From Thermodesulfatator indicus DSM 15286 (lineage in GTDB: Bacteria; Desulfobacterota; Thermodesulfobacteria; Thermodesulfobacteriales; Thermodesulfatatoraceae), in NCBI RefSeq assembly GCF_000217795.1, contig NC_015681.1:641244-673243 (forward strand): a DNA stretch of 32,000 bases. Reading direction: 5' to 3'. Position numbers and translations under genes: made by a program. The notes beneath the pieces are model-generated. The model did no database searches. It had not been told where the DNA came from and saw nothing but the letters and a program-made list of their open reading frames with translations. Shown one piece after another: positions 16,903 to 24,252 of the stretch (position 1 is the stretch's first letter; every line of letters starts with the position of its first letter).

Positions 16903-19335
16903 ATGGGAAAAACAAATTCTCAAGAAGAAAAATGGGGGGCCGTTTTACGGCCCCTTCGTTTTGTAAGTCGAAATGATTTTGCCAATCTGAATAAAGTCAA
17001 AAACCTTGAAAACACTTTAAAAGACGCCTTAGCGCGAATAAAAGACACCCTTCCTCAAGAAATTTATTCTCAAATTTTTAATCTTTTGGATCGTCTAGAT
17101 AAACTTTCTTTTGACGAAAAAAAGGCCCACCTTGAAAAAATTTTTTCTTTATTAGAAGACGCCTCTCAAGAAACTCTTCAAAAAGTCTGGCCACCACTTG
17201 AAGACGTTTACATAGATCTTGAAACTTATCGCTTATACCGCAAAGAATTAAGCAAACCTGTCCAATTTTTAAAAGGAGTTGGTCCTAAACTTGCTCACAA
17301 ACTTGCCACCAGGGAAGTAAAAACTGTCGAAGATTTGCTTTTTTTTCTGCCAAGAACTTATGAAGACCGTCGTAAAATGCGTTTTATCGGTAGCCTAAAA
17401 ACCGGAGAACAGGCAGTAGTAGAAGGGGAGGTTGTTCTTTCGGGAGTAGTCAAATTTAAAAGACGACGGGTTTTTGAAATCGTTATCTCTGATGGTACTG
17501 GTCTTTTGGCGGCCAAATGGTTTCATTTCAACGAAAAACGACACAGAGAAACCTTTCGCCCTGGACGCAAGGTCATACTTGCAGGAGAAATCTCGACTTT
17601 TGCCGGACGCAAAGAAATGATTCATCCTGAAGTGGAATTCCCTGAAGATGAAAAAGTAGGCCTTCATGTAGGAAGAATCCTCCCCGTTTATCCCACTATA
17701 GAAGGGGTTTCACCTAAAGTTTTACGTCGCATCATAGCTAACGCTGTAGAGGAATACGCTGAAAAAGCTATAAGCCCTATCCCGGCCAAAATTCTAAATA
17801 AAAGAAGACTTTTACCCGTTCCTTTAGCCCTTAAAGGAATACATTTCCCTGACCCTCAGGATGACATTTACATTCTCAATGAAGAAAAAAGTATTTACCA
17901 CAAAAGCTTGGCCTTTGACGAATTCTTTTACCTAGAACTGGCTTTGGCTTTACGCAAATCCCAAATCGCCCGGGCTCCTGGTATAGCTTTCAAGCCAGGA
18001 ACTCCCCGCGTAAGAAGATTTCTTAAAAGTTTGCCCTTTAAATTAACTAGAGCTCAGACCCGCGTTTTAAAAGAAATCGAAAAAGACATGACCAGCCCCT
18101 ATCCCATGAATCGTCTTCTTCAGGGAGATGTCGGGTGTGGTAAAACAGTGGTAGCTTTTCTCGCCGCCCTTATCGCCATTGATAATGGCTATCAGGTAGC
18201 CCTCATGGCTCCTACCGAAATACTTGCCGAACAACACTATCTTAACTTTAAAAAATACGCAGGGCTAATTGGCGTGGAGATAGCTCTTTTAACCGGTGGT
18301 AAAACTGCTCGCGAAAAAAAGGAAATATACCAGGGCCTAAAAGAAGGCCACATTAACCTCGTAATCGGCACCCACGCCTTGTTCCAGGAAGCCGTTGAGT
18401 TTAAAAAATTAGGCCTGGTTATAGTTGACGAACAGCACCGTTTTGGAGTTTTACAAAGAGCAGCACTTAGACAAAAGGCCAAAGGCCTTGAACCAGATAC
18501 ACTGGTTATGACCGCTACCCCCATTCCCCGTACCTTGGCCATGACAGTTTATGGTGACCTCGATGTCTCCATAATTGACGAATTACCAGCAGGGCGAAAG
18601 CCAGTTAAGACTTATCTTTTTACCGCTAAAGATCGCCAGAAGGCCTACGAAATAGTAAGGCAAGAGCTTTCCAAAGGCCATCGGGCCTACGTTGTGTTCC
18701 CACTAGTTGAAGAATCCGAAAAGATGGATCTGCTGGCCGCTACTACAATGGCTGAACACCTGCAAAAAGAGCTTTTTCCTGATTATCAGGTAGGCCTTTT
18801 GCACGGAAAGATGAAACCTTCAGAAAAAGAAGCGGCTATGGCCGCCTTCAAAGAAGGCCGAACCCAGATTCTTGTCTCCACCACAGTTATTGAGGTGGGC
18901 GTAGATGTACCTGAAGCCACAGTTATGGTTATTGAAAATGCTGAAAGATTTGGCCTTTCGCAGCTTCATCAGTTACGAGGCCGAGTTGGTAGAAGTGCTA
19001 GAGAATCTTATTGTCTTCTGGTGGCCCATAAGCTAAAACCAGGAAGTGAGGCCTTAAGGCGCTTAAAAATCCTCTGTGAAACCACAGATGGCTTTCGTAT
19101 TGCCGAAGAAGACATGAAAATTAGAGGTCCTGGAGAAATACTTGGTACTAGACAGTCAGGCTTTTTTGCCTTTAGACGCGCTGACCCTGTAAGAGATTAT
19201 GATATGCTCGTGATAGCTAGGGAAGAAGCATTTTCTCTGTTAAAAGAAGACCCATTACTAGAAAATTATCCTTTGCTTAAAGAGATTCTCATGGAAAGAT
19301 GGCAGGAACGTCTAAAACTTTCAGAAGTGGCTTAG
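16903..19335 (+). CDS. recG: ATP-dependent DNA helicase RecG
   Basis: 810-aa ORF with FLKGVGPKLAHKL, then the wedge/OB region, then SF2 motifs GDVGCGKTVVA, VIVDEQHRFGV, TATPIPRTLAMT and QLHQLRGRVGRS. Its ATG directly abuts the lysR-family stop (TAAATG). Confidence 0.95.
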   Translation: MGKTNSQEEKWGAVLRPLRFVSRNDFANLNKVKNLENTLKDALARIKDTLPQEIYSQIFNLLDRLDKLSFDEKKAHLEKIFSLLEDASQETLQKVWPPLEDVYIDLETYRLYRKELSKPVQFLKGVGPKLAHKLATREVKTVEDLLFFLPRTYEDRRKMRFIGSLKTGEQAVVEGEVVLSGVVKFKRRRVFEIVISDGTGLLAAKWFHFNEKRHRETFRPGRKVILAGEISTFAGRKEMIHPEVEFPEDEKVGLHVGRILPVYPTIEGVSPKVLRRIIANAVEEYAEKAISPIPAKILNKRRLLPVPLALKGIHFPDPQDDIYILNEEKSIYHKSLAFDEFFYLELALALRKSQIARAPGIAFKPGTPRVRRFLKSLPFKLTRAQTRVLKEIEKDMTSPYPMNRLLQGDVGCGKTVVAFLAALIAIDNGYQVALMAPTEILAEQHYLNFKKYAGLIGVEIALLTGGKTAREKKEIYQGLKEGHINLVIGTHALFQEAVEFKKLGLVIVDEQHRFGVLQRAALRQKAKGLEPDTLVMTATPIPRTLAMTVYGDLDVSIIDELPAGRKPVKTYLFTAKDRQKAYEIVRQELSKGHRAYVVFPLVEESEKMDLLAATTMAEHLQKELFPDYQVGLLHGKMKPSEKEAAMAAFKEGRTQILVSTTVIEVGVDVPEATVMVIENAERFGLSQLHQLRGRVGRSARESYCLLVAHKLKPGSEALRRLKILCETTDGFRIAEEDMKIRGPGEILGTRQSGFFAFRRADPVRDYDMLVIAREEAFSLLKEDPLLENYPLLKEILMERWQERLKLSEVA

Positions 19336-19345
19336 GGAGGATGAA

Positions 19346-20647
19346 ATGAGTATCGCGATTGGCATTATAGGTTTAGGCACGGTGGGTTCAGGAACTGTAA
19401 AAATTCTTTTCGAAAATCAAAGCCTAATTAAAAAGCGCCTGGGGTGTCCATTAATAATCAAAAAAATAGCCGTAAGGGATCCCTCTTTGCCCCGCCTAGT
19501 GGAGGTACCTGATACCCTTCTTACCACCGATGTAGAAAGTCTTTTTCGTGATCCTGATATCAAAATCGTAGTAGAGCTTATTGGAGGCCTTGAGCCTGCT
19601 CGTACCTTTATTTTACAAGCCATTAAAGCTGGCAAGCACGTGGTAACGGCTAACAAGGCCGTACTTGCTGAATACGGCCAGGAGATCTTTAAAGCCGCCA
19701 AAGAAGCTGGCGTTGATGTGGCCTTTGAGGCCGCTGTAGGCGGAGGTATTCCTATCATCAAGACGTTAAAAGAGAGCCTTGCCGGGAACCGCATACTGTC
19801 TTTAACTGGTATTGTTAATGGCACGTGTAATTACATTCTTACCCGCATGACAGAAGAAAACATCTCCTTTGAAGAAGTCCTCTCTCAAGCTCAAAAGGCA
19901 GGCTATGCCGAAGCAGATCCTAGCCTTGATATCGATGGCTTGGATGCTGCTCACAAATTGGTCATTCTTACTACCCTTGCTTATGGAACTGAGGTCTCTA
20001 TCGATGACATTTATGTAGAAGGGATCCGTAATATTGAACCTACAGATATTGCTTTTGCTAAAGAATTTGGCTTTGTAACCAAGCTTCTAGCCATGTGCAA
20101 AGAAACAGAAGAGGGACTTGAAGTAAGGGTACACCCCACTTTAATACCAGAAAAACACGTACTGGCTTCAGTCAGAATGGCCTACAATGCTTTTTATATA
20201 AGAGGTGATGCCGTAGGCGATGTCTTACTTTATGGTCTTGGAGCTGGGCAGCTACCTACTGGAAGTGCTGTAGTCAGTGATATTATCGATCTTGCCAGAA
20301 ATGTTCTCAGTGGAGGAAGTGGACGGGTTCCACCCCTTTCATACCAGCTGAGTGATTTAGCCAGGCTTCCGATAAAGCCAATGGATAAAGTGGTTTGCCG
20401 GTATTATTTTCGTTTTTCAGTACTTGATCGTCCAGGTGTTCTCTCAAAAATAGCCGGCATATTGGGACAAAATAACATAAGCATTGCCTCGGTGATCCAA
20501 AAAGGGCGCGAAGAAAAAGGCCCTGTTCCCATTGTAATGCTTACCCATGAGGCCAGAGAGGCTTCTGTGCGCAAGGCCCTTGAAGAAATAGATCAACTTA
20601 ATATAGTTATTGCTCCTACTAAGTTTTTACGCATTGAAAAACCTTAA
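19346..20647 (+). CDS. hom: Homoserine dehydrogenase
   Basis: 433-aa ORF with GGGAGG 5 nt upstream. It has the NAD-binding IIGLGTVGSG, the catalytic region NGTCNYILT ... AEADPSLDIDGLDAAHKL and a C-terminal ACT domain (YYFRFSVLDRPGVLSKIAGILG). Confidence 0.95.
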   Translation: MSIAIGIIGLGTVGSGTVKILFENQSLIKKRLGCPLIIKKIAVRDPSLPRLVEVPDTLLTTDVESLFRDPDIKIVVELIGGLEPARTFILQAIKAGKHVVTANKAVLAEYGQEIFKAAKEAGVDVAFEAAVGGGIPIIKTLKESLAGNRILSLTGIVNGTCNYILTRMTEENISFEEVLSQAQKAGYAEADPSLDIDGLDAAHKLVILTTLAYGTEVSIDDIYVEGIRNIEPTDIAFAKEFGFVTKLLAMCKETEEGLEVRVHPTLIPEKHVLASVRMAYNAFYIRGDAVGDVLLYGLGAGQLPTGSAVVSDIIDLARNVLSGGSGRVPPLSYQLSDLARLPIKPMDKVVCRYYFRFSVLDRPGVLSKIAGILGQNNISIASVIQKGREEKGPVPIVMLTHEAREASVRKALEEIDQLNIVIAPTKFLRIEKP

Positions 20648-20692
20648 GTTAAATGCAAACAAAAACTTGATAAAAGTGAGGAGGCAGGCTAC

Positions 20693-21274
20693 ATGTTCCC
20701 TATTACCAAAGAAGATACTTGTTGTATCCTGGAATATAAGGGAGAGACTATGGAAAAGTTAAAACTTGTTATCTCTGAAAAGGAAATCAGGATCAAAATA
20801 GAAGAACTAGCAGAGGCTATCTCTCAAGATTATGCTGGAAAAAAGCCGGTCTTTATAGGTGTTTTAAAAGGAGCTTTTATCTTTCTGGCAGATTTGGTAC
20901 GAAAGGTTTCCTTAGAAGGATTAGAAATAGATTTTGTTCGCCTAGCCAGTTATGGTCTTTCAGACACAACCTCAGGGGAAGTCAAAATCATAAAAGACAT
21001 AGAGCTAGACCTTGAGAACAAGGACGTTTTAGTTATAGAAGACATAATTGACACTGGTATAACGCTAGATTTTTTTCTCAAACACTTGGAAAAATATAAA
21101 CCTAATTCGGTAAAGGTTTGTTGTTTAATTGATAAACCTCAGAGAAGAGAAATAGAAGTCCCTATTCATTATCGGGGTTTTTATATCCGAGAGGGTTTTT
21201 TAGTAGGTTATGGCCTTGATTTTGCCGAAAAATACCGACAATTGCCAGAAGTTTACGAAATAGTTAAGGAGTAA
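20693..21274 (+). CDS. hpt: Hypoxanthine(-guanine) phosphoribosyltransferase
   Basis: PRPP-binding motif VLVIEDIIDTGITL and C-terminal FLVGYGLDFAEKYRQLPEVY. Two candidate starts exist: ATG 20693 (GAGGAGG upstream) and ATG 20750 (MEKLKLV..., AGGGAGAG upstream), which would give the more usual length of about 174 aa. Confidence 0.9.
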   Translation: MFPITKEDTCCILEYKGETMEKLKLVISEKEIRIKIEELAEAISQDYAGKKPVFIGVLKGAFIFLADLVRKVSLEGLEIDFVRLASYGLSDTTSGEVKIIKDIELDLENKDVLVIEDIIDTGITLDFFLKHLEKYKPNSVKVCCLIDKPQRREIEVPIHYRGFYIREGFLVGYGLDFAEKYRQLPEVYEIVKE

Positions 21275-21279
21275 TCAGG

Positions 21280-21426
21280 TTGAAAAAATTTTTTAAGTTT
21301 GTTTTTTTATACTTTAAAAACAGCCCTTGGTATATGTGGGTAATACGTATCGGATTAGCTTTACTTTTATTTAAACTTTTTATGTGGTCTCAAAAGCTAG
21401 GTCAAATATCCAAAGGTGGGGGCTAA
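21280..21426 (+). CDS. Candidate 48-aa small membrane protein (below the ORF-track size cut-off)
   Basis: A TTG start lies 8 nt downstream of AAGGAG. The translation is (M)KKFFKFVFLYFKNSPWYMWVIRIGLALLLFKLFMWSQKLGQISKGGG, with one hydrophobic helix. Its stop lies in the loop of the downstream terminator hairpin. There is no homology evidence. Confidence 0.25.
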   Translation: MKKFFKFVFLYFKNSPWYMWVIRIGLALLLFKLFMWSQKLGQISKGGG

Positions 21427-21448
21427 AACCCCCACCATCTATTTTCTT
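21406..21448. terminator. Bidirectional rho-independent terminator between hpt (+) and the sulfur-relay operon (-)
   Basis: A perfect 8-bp GC-rich stem, GGTGGGGG (21415-21422) / CCCCCACC (21429-21436), has a 6-nt loop. It is followed by ATCTATTTTCTT on the plus strand and by TTTGGATATTT on the minus strand. Confidence 0.7.
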
Positions 21449-21626
21449 ACCACCAACTTATAGTCTTATCCGCCTCAAAGATTAATTGTATCAGTTTGTC
21501 ATAGTCCTGATCTTCTTTAGCTTCATAAAGTTTAAACTCAAGAGCTTCATTTCCTTCATTCAATATAGCTACCAACTTTTTTACTTCTTCGTTTGGTTCA
21601 GTTCTATATACATGGAGAATTTTCAT
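21447..21626 (-). CDS. Small conserved hypothetical protein, last gene of the YedE-TusA cluster
   Basis: The track ORF starts at 21632 (MHMKIL...), but that ATG is only 1 nt from AAGGAGG. The ATG at 21626 (MKILHVYRTEPNEEVKKLVAILNEGNEALEFKLYEAKEDQDYDKLIQLIFEADKTISWW) has 7-nt spacing. I recognise no named domain. Confidence 0.6.
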   Translation of the reverse strand: MKILHVYRTEPNEEVKKLVAILNEGNEALEFKLYEAKEDQDYDKLIQLIFEADKTISWW

Positions 21627-21645
21627 GTGCATACCTCCTTACCAA

Positions 21646-22014
21646 TTAATCAGCACAAGCTGGTGGTGGATCATGTTTTTGTTTAGGCAGGCCATATGGA
21701 ATAACAACATCAGCTTCTTTTAATTTTTGAGCCAGTTCTTCAAGGGTAATAGGTGTAAGGCCTGCTTCCTCGATATTGTATTTTTTAGCTTCTTCGTCTT
21801 CTATAGTATCCACTACACAATAAACTTCTCCTTCCATATCGCGAATCCACTCAATGTTTTCTTTTACGTAATCATTAAGCTTGGGCATTTTTTGGTAAAA
21901 AATGCAAGCATGAGAATAGTGATTCTCAATAGCCTGTCCTAAAGTTGATCGTATAGCATCGGTAATATAAATACGATTGGCTATCAAAAAATATATTTTC
22001 AAACTTTCACTCAT
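21646..22014 (-). CDS. Conserved hypothetical protein, possibly DsrE/F/H-fold, with C-terminal Pro-rich Cys tail
   Basis: 122-aa ORF with AAGGAGG 6 nt upstream. LKIYFLIAN ... EVYCVVDTIEDEEAKKYNI ... ADVVIPYG resembles the DsrF/DsrH strand-helix pattern. It ends in KHDPPPACAD. Confidence 0.65.
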   Translation of the reverse strand: MSESLKIYFLIANRIYITDAIRSTLGQAIENHYSHACIFYQKMPKLNDYVKENIEWIRDMEGEVYCVVDTIEDEEAKKYNIEEAGLTPITLEELAQKLKEADVVIPYGLPKQKHDPPPACAD

Positions 22015-22026
22015 AGTCGCCTCCTT

Positions 22027-22359
22027 TTAAAGGACTATATATTTACCACATTGAGAAAGAAGCTCCCCATGAAAGGCTTGGGTACGCATCTGTTTAGGGC
22101 TCATACCAGCGGGAATATCTGTATCTACATCAAAACCTTCACACACATAAGAATCTGCACAAATTGCCAGGTCTTCTTCGGGAACCATTTTTACTAACTT
22201 GGCAAATTCAGAATGTTTGGTAAGATGGATGGCCTTGAAGGTGAGAAATATTTTTACTTTTTTACCGGCTCTTTGAGCCGCTTCAACTATCTTCATTAAA
22301 TGGGTCATATATTGAGGATTAGTAACAAAAATCCCCAGCTTATCCGGATCTTTAGACAT
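22027..22359 (-). CDS. DsrE/DsrF-like sulfur-relay family protein
   Basis: 110-aa ORF with AAGGAGG upstream. KLGIFVTNP ... KVKIFLTFKAIHL ... LAICADSYVCEGFDV ... GKYIVL fits the DsrE/TusD-like fold pattern. The call is by motif recognition only. Confidence 0.65.
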   Translation of the reverse strand: MSKDPDKLGIFVTNPQYMTHLMKIVEAAQRAGKKVKIFLTFKAIHLTKHSEFAKLVKMVPEEDLAICADSYVCEGFDVDTDIPAGMSPKQMRTQAFHGELLSQCGKYIVL

Positions 22360-22382
22360 AAAAGCACCTCCTTTTTAGAAAA

Positions 22383-22643
22383 TTATCCGCCCTTTTTAAT
22401 ATAGAAGCGTATGAAACCAGCATCTTCTCTTTCGCCTAAATATTCGTGACCAGCTCTTTCGCACCATCCAGGAAGGTCATTTCTTGAGCCAGGGTCAGTA
22501 CCCAACACCTCTAATATCTGTCCTTTTTCCATCTTTTGGATAGCCTTTTTGGTCTTAAGCAAAGGCATAGGACAGGAAAGACCTTTACAATCTAAAGTAA
22601 CATCTGCTTTGATCCCTTCGGGAGCTACTTTTACATCAGCCAT
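22383..22643 (-). CDS. tusA: TusA/SirA-family sulfurtransferase
   Basis: 86-aa ORF with AAGGAGGAGG upstream. The conserved Cys motif DCKGLSCPMPLLKTKKAI and the two-layer alpha/beta length are typical of TusA. Confidence 0.85.
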   Translation of the reverse strand: MADVKVAPEGIKADVTLDCKGLSCPMPLLKTKKAIQKMEKGQILEVLGTDPGSRNDLPGWCERAGHEYLGEREDAGFIRFYIKKGG

Positions 22644-22681
22644 AATTCTTCCTCCTCCTTTATTTGGATTTATTTGTTTAT

Positions 22682-23848
22682 TTACATTTCTATTACAAAT
22701 TTATTTGAATCTTCATTCCAGTCGATAATTATATACCAGAGCACACAAATAAAAGTTATTAAGAATAAAGTCCCACCATAACCTAGATACTCTGGCATAA
22801 ATATAGCCTTACCTAAATAACCATTTTCTATTACTTCATATTCAGCGAAATAATGTCTTATAAGGGAGTTAGAAAGAGCAAAAAATATTACAACAACCCA
22901 AAGCTTTATCTGTCCTTCAGCTACTCTCCAGAGAGCTCCTGAACCACAACCACCTGCCACAACCATAGCTGCTCCAAAAATAAAACCTCCAAGTAAAGCT
23001 CCTAAACCAAAAGTAGGGGTTACATATACCATTTCTGGACGAATTTCTTGATATTTGAGAATAGAAACTCCAATAGCTCCCAATATAATACTAACCATTA
23101 CAGCTTTACCCATAGAAGCCTCACCAGTAACAAAGGGCTCTCTAAAACCGTTAACCATACAAAAACGGCTACGATGTATTACATATCCAATACCAGCTGT
23201 AATAATGAGACAACCACCTAAGATCTCACCATTATCCATATCGCTGTTAAAATAGGCATAAGTAGCAACTATTAAGCCTACAAATAGTAAAAACCCAATA
23301 TAAGGGCCAACTTTCTTGAAGCTTATTTCAAAACCACCTGAGCTGGGAAAACGTTCAAGCTCCCAGTAAAGATATTTAACACCTAAAATTACACCAAAAA
23401 CTAAACCTACCGCCATCAAAAATCCGTTGGCCGCAAGATTTTGAATAGCCACGTAGAAACCACCTACATTACATCCCATAGCCAGAGCCGAACCCAAACC
23501 CATCAGAATACCGGCTATAATAGCTTTTACGTATTCGATCTTGGGAGGAAAACGCAGACCAAATTCACGGGCAAAGAAGGCGGAAATGGCCGCCCCCCAT
23601 ATATAACCAATATTTAATACAGAAGACGAAAACTCTAGAGGATGTGGGGGGGCTTCATCATAAAAACCTATACCGTAAAAAAACCAGTCTGCCCAATTTC
23701 TTATACCACCTACAATCCCCCATGGGCGGTACCACATTTCTAAAAAAATAGCAAATAAGGCCAACAATATGCCGCCCATCATAGGAGACCAGGTACTCAC
23801 CGCGAAGGACCTCCAGCTTCTAGAAATGGCTTCTTTGAAGTCAGACAT
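22682..23848 (-). CDS. YedE/YeeE-family sulfur-compound transporter
   Basis: 388-aa polytopic membrane ORF with GGAGGGAGG upstream. It has three Cys in Gly-rich membrane motifs (LAMGCNVGG, RFCMVNG, AGGCGSGALW) and is encoded directly upstream of tusA. Confidence 0.85.
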   Translation of the reverse strand: MSDFKEAISRSWRSFAVSTWSPMMGGILLALFAIFLEMWYRPWGIVGGIRNWADWFFYGIGFYDEAPPHPLEFSSSVLNIGYIWGAAISAFFAREFGLRFPPKIEYVKAIIAGILMGLGSALAMGCNVGGFYVAIQNLAANGFLMAVGLVFGVILGVKYLYWELERFPSSGGFEISFKKVGPYIGFLLFVGLIVATYAYFNSDMDNGEILGGCLIITAGIGYVIHRSRFCMVNGFREPFVTGEASMGKAVMVSIILGAIGVSILKYQEIRPEMVYVTPTFGLGALLGGFIFGAAMVVAGGCGSGALWRVAEGQIKLWVVVIFFALSNSLIRHYFAEYEVIENGYLGKAIFMPEYLGYGGTLFLITFICVLWYIIIDWNEDSNKFVIEM

Positions 23849-24252
23849 ACATGACCTCCCTCCAAATTATATTTCTTTACTATAAAATACCAGGCTCTAA
23901 TGTTGCCTATCAAAACTGAATAAAACTGTCAAATTCTTTGAATATAGAAAAAACTATTTTAATCTCCGAAATAAAAAGTTTTTTTCTTTCTGTCTATGAT
24001 AATCTTGCCAAAAGGCAAAATGTGAAGTTTGTTTTAAAAAAACACAACTAAATTATTAATGTGAACATAGAAAAACAGATGACAATTTATGGACATTTTT
24101 ATTCGGTCATGGCAAGCGCTAAAGTGACGAAACAATCCCATAAGCTTACCGAGGCGGCTATGTCGCCTCGCGATAATATTTTGTTGTACAAAAACATCCG
24201 GCTCAATAGTTTGAGAAAATTTTAAGTTTTTGAGCAATTTAAGGGGTTTATT

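Noticed and set aside
19417-19824. Long antisense ORFs inside real genes, including 19417-19824, 28815-29207, 30850-31239, 13430-13810, 14803-15147, 25569-25907, 27377-27715, 2097-2387 and 10131-10414
   Set aside because: Each is fully nested opposite a gene with strong motif support. The products are Ser/Arg/Pro/Leu-rich with no recognisable motifs and no SD sites. They are shadow ORFs.
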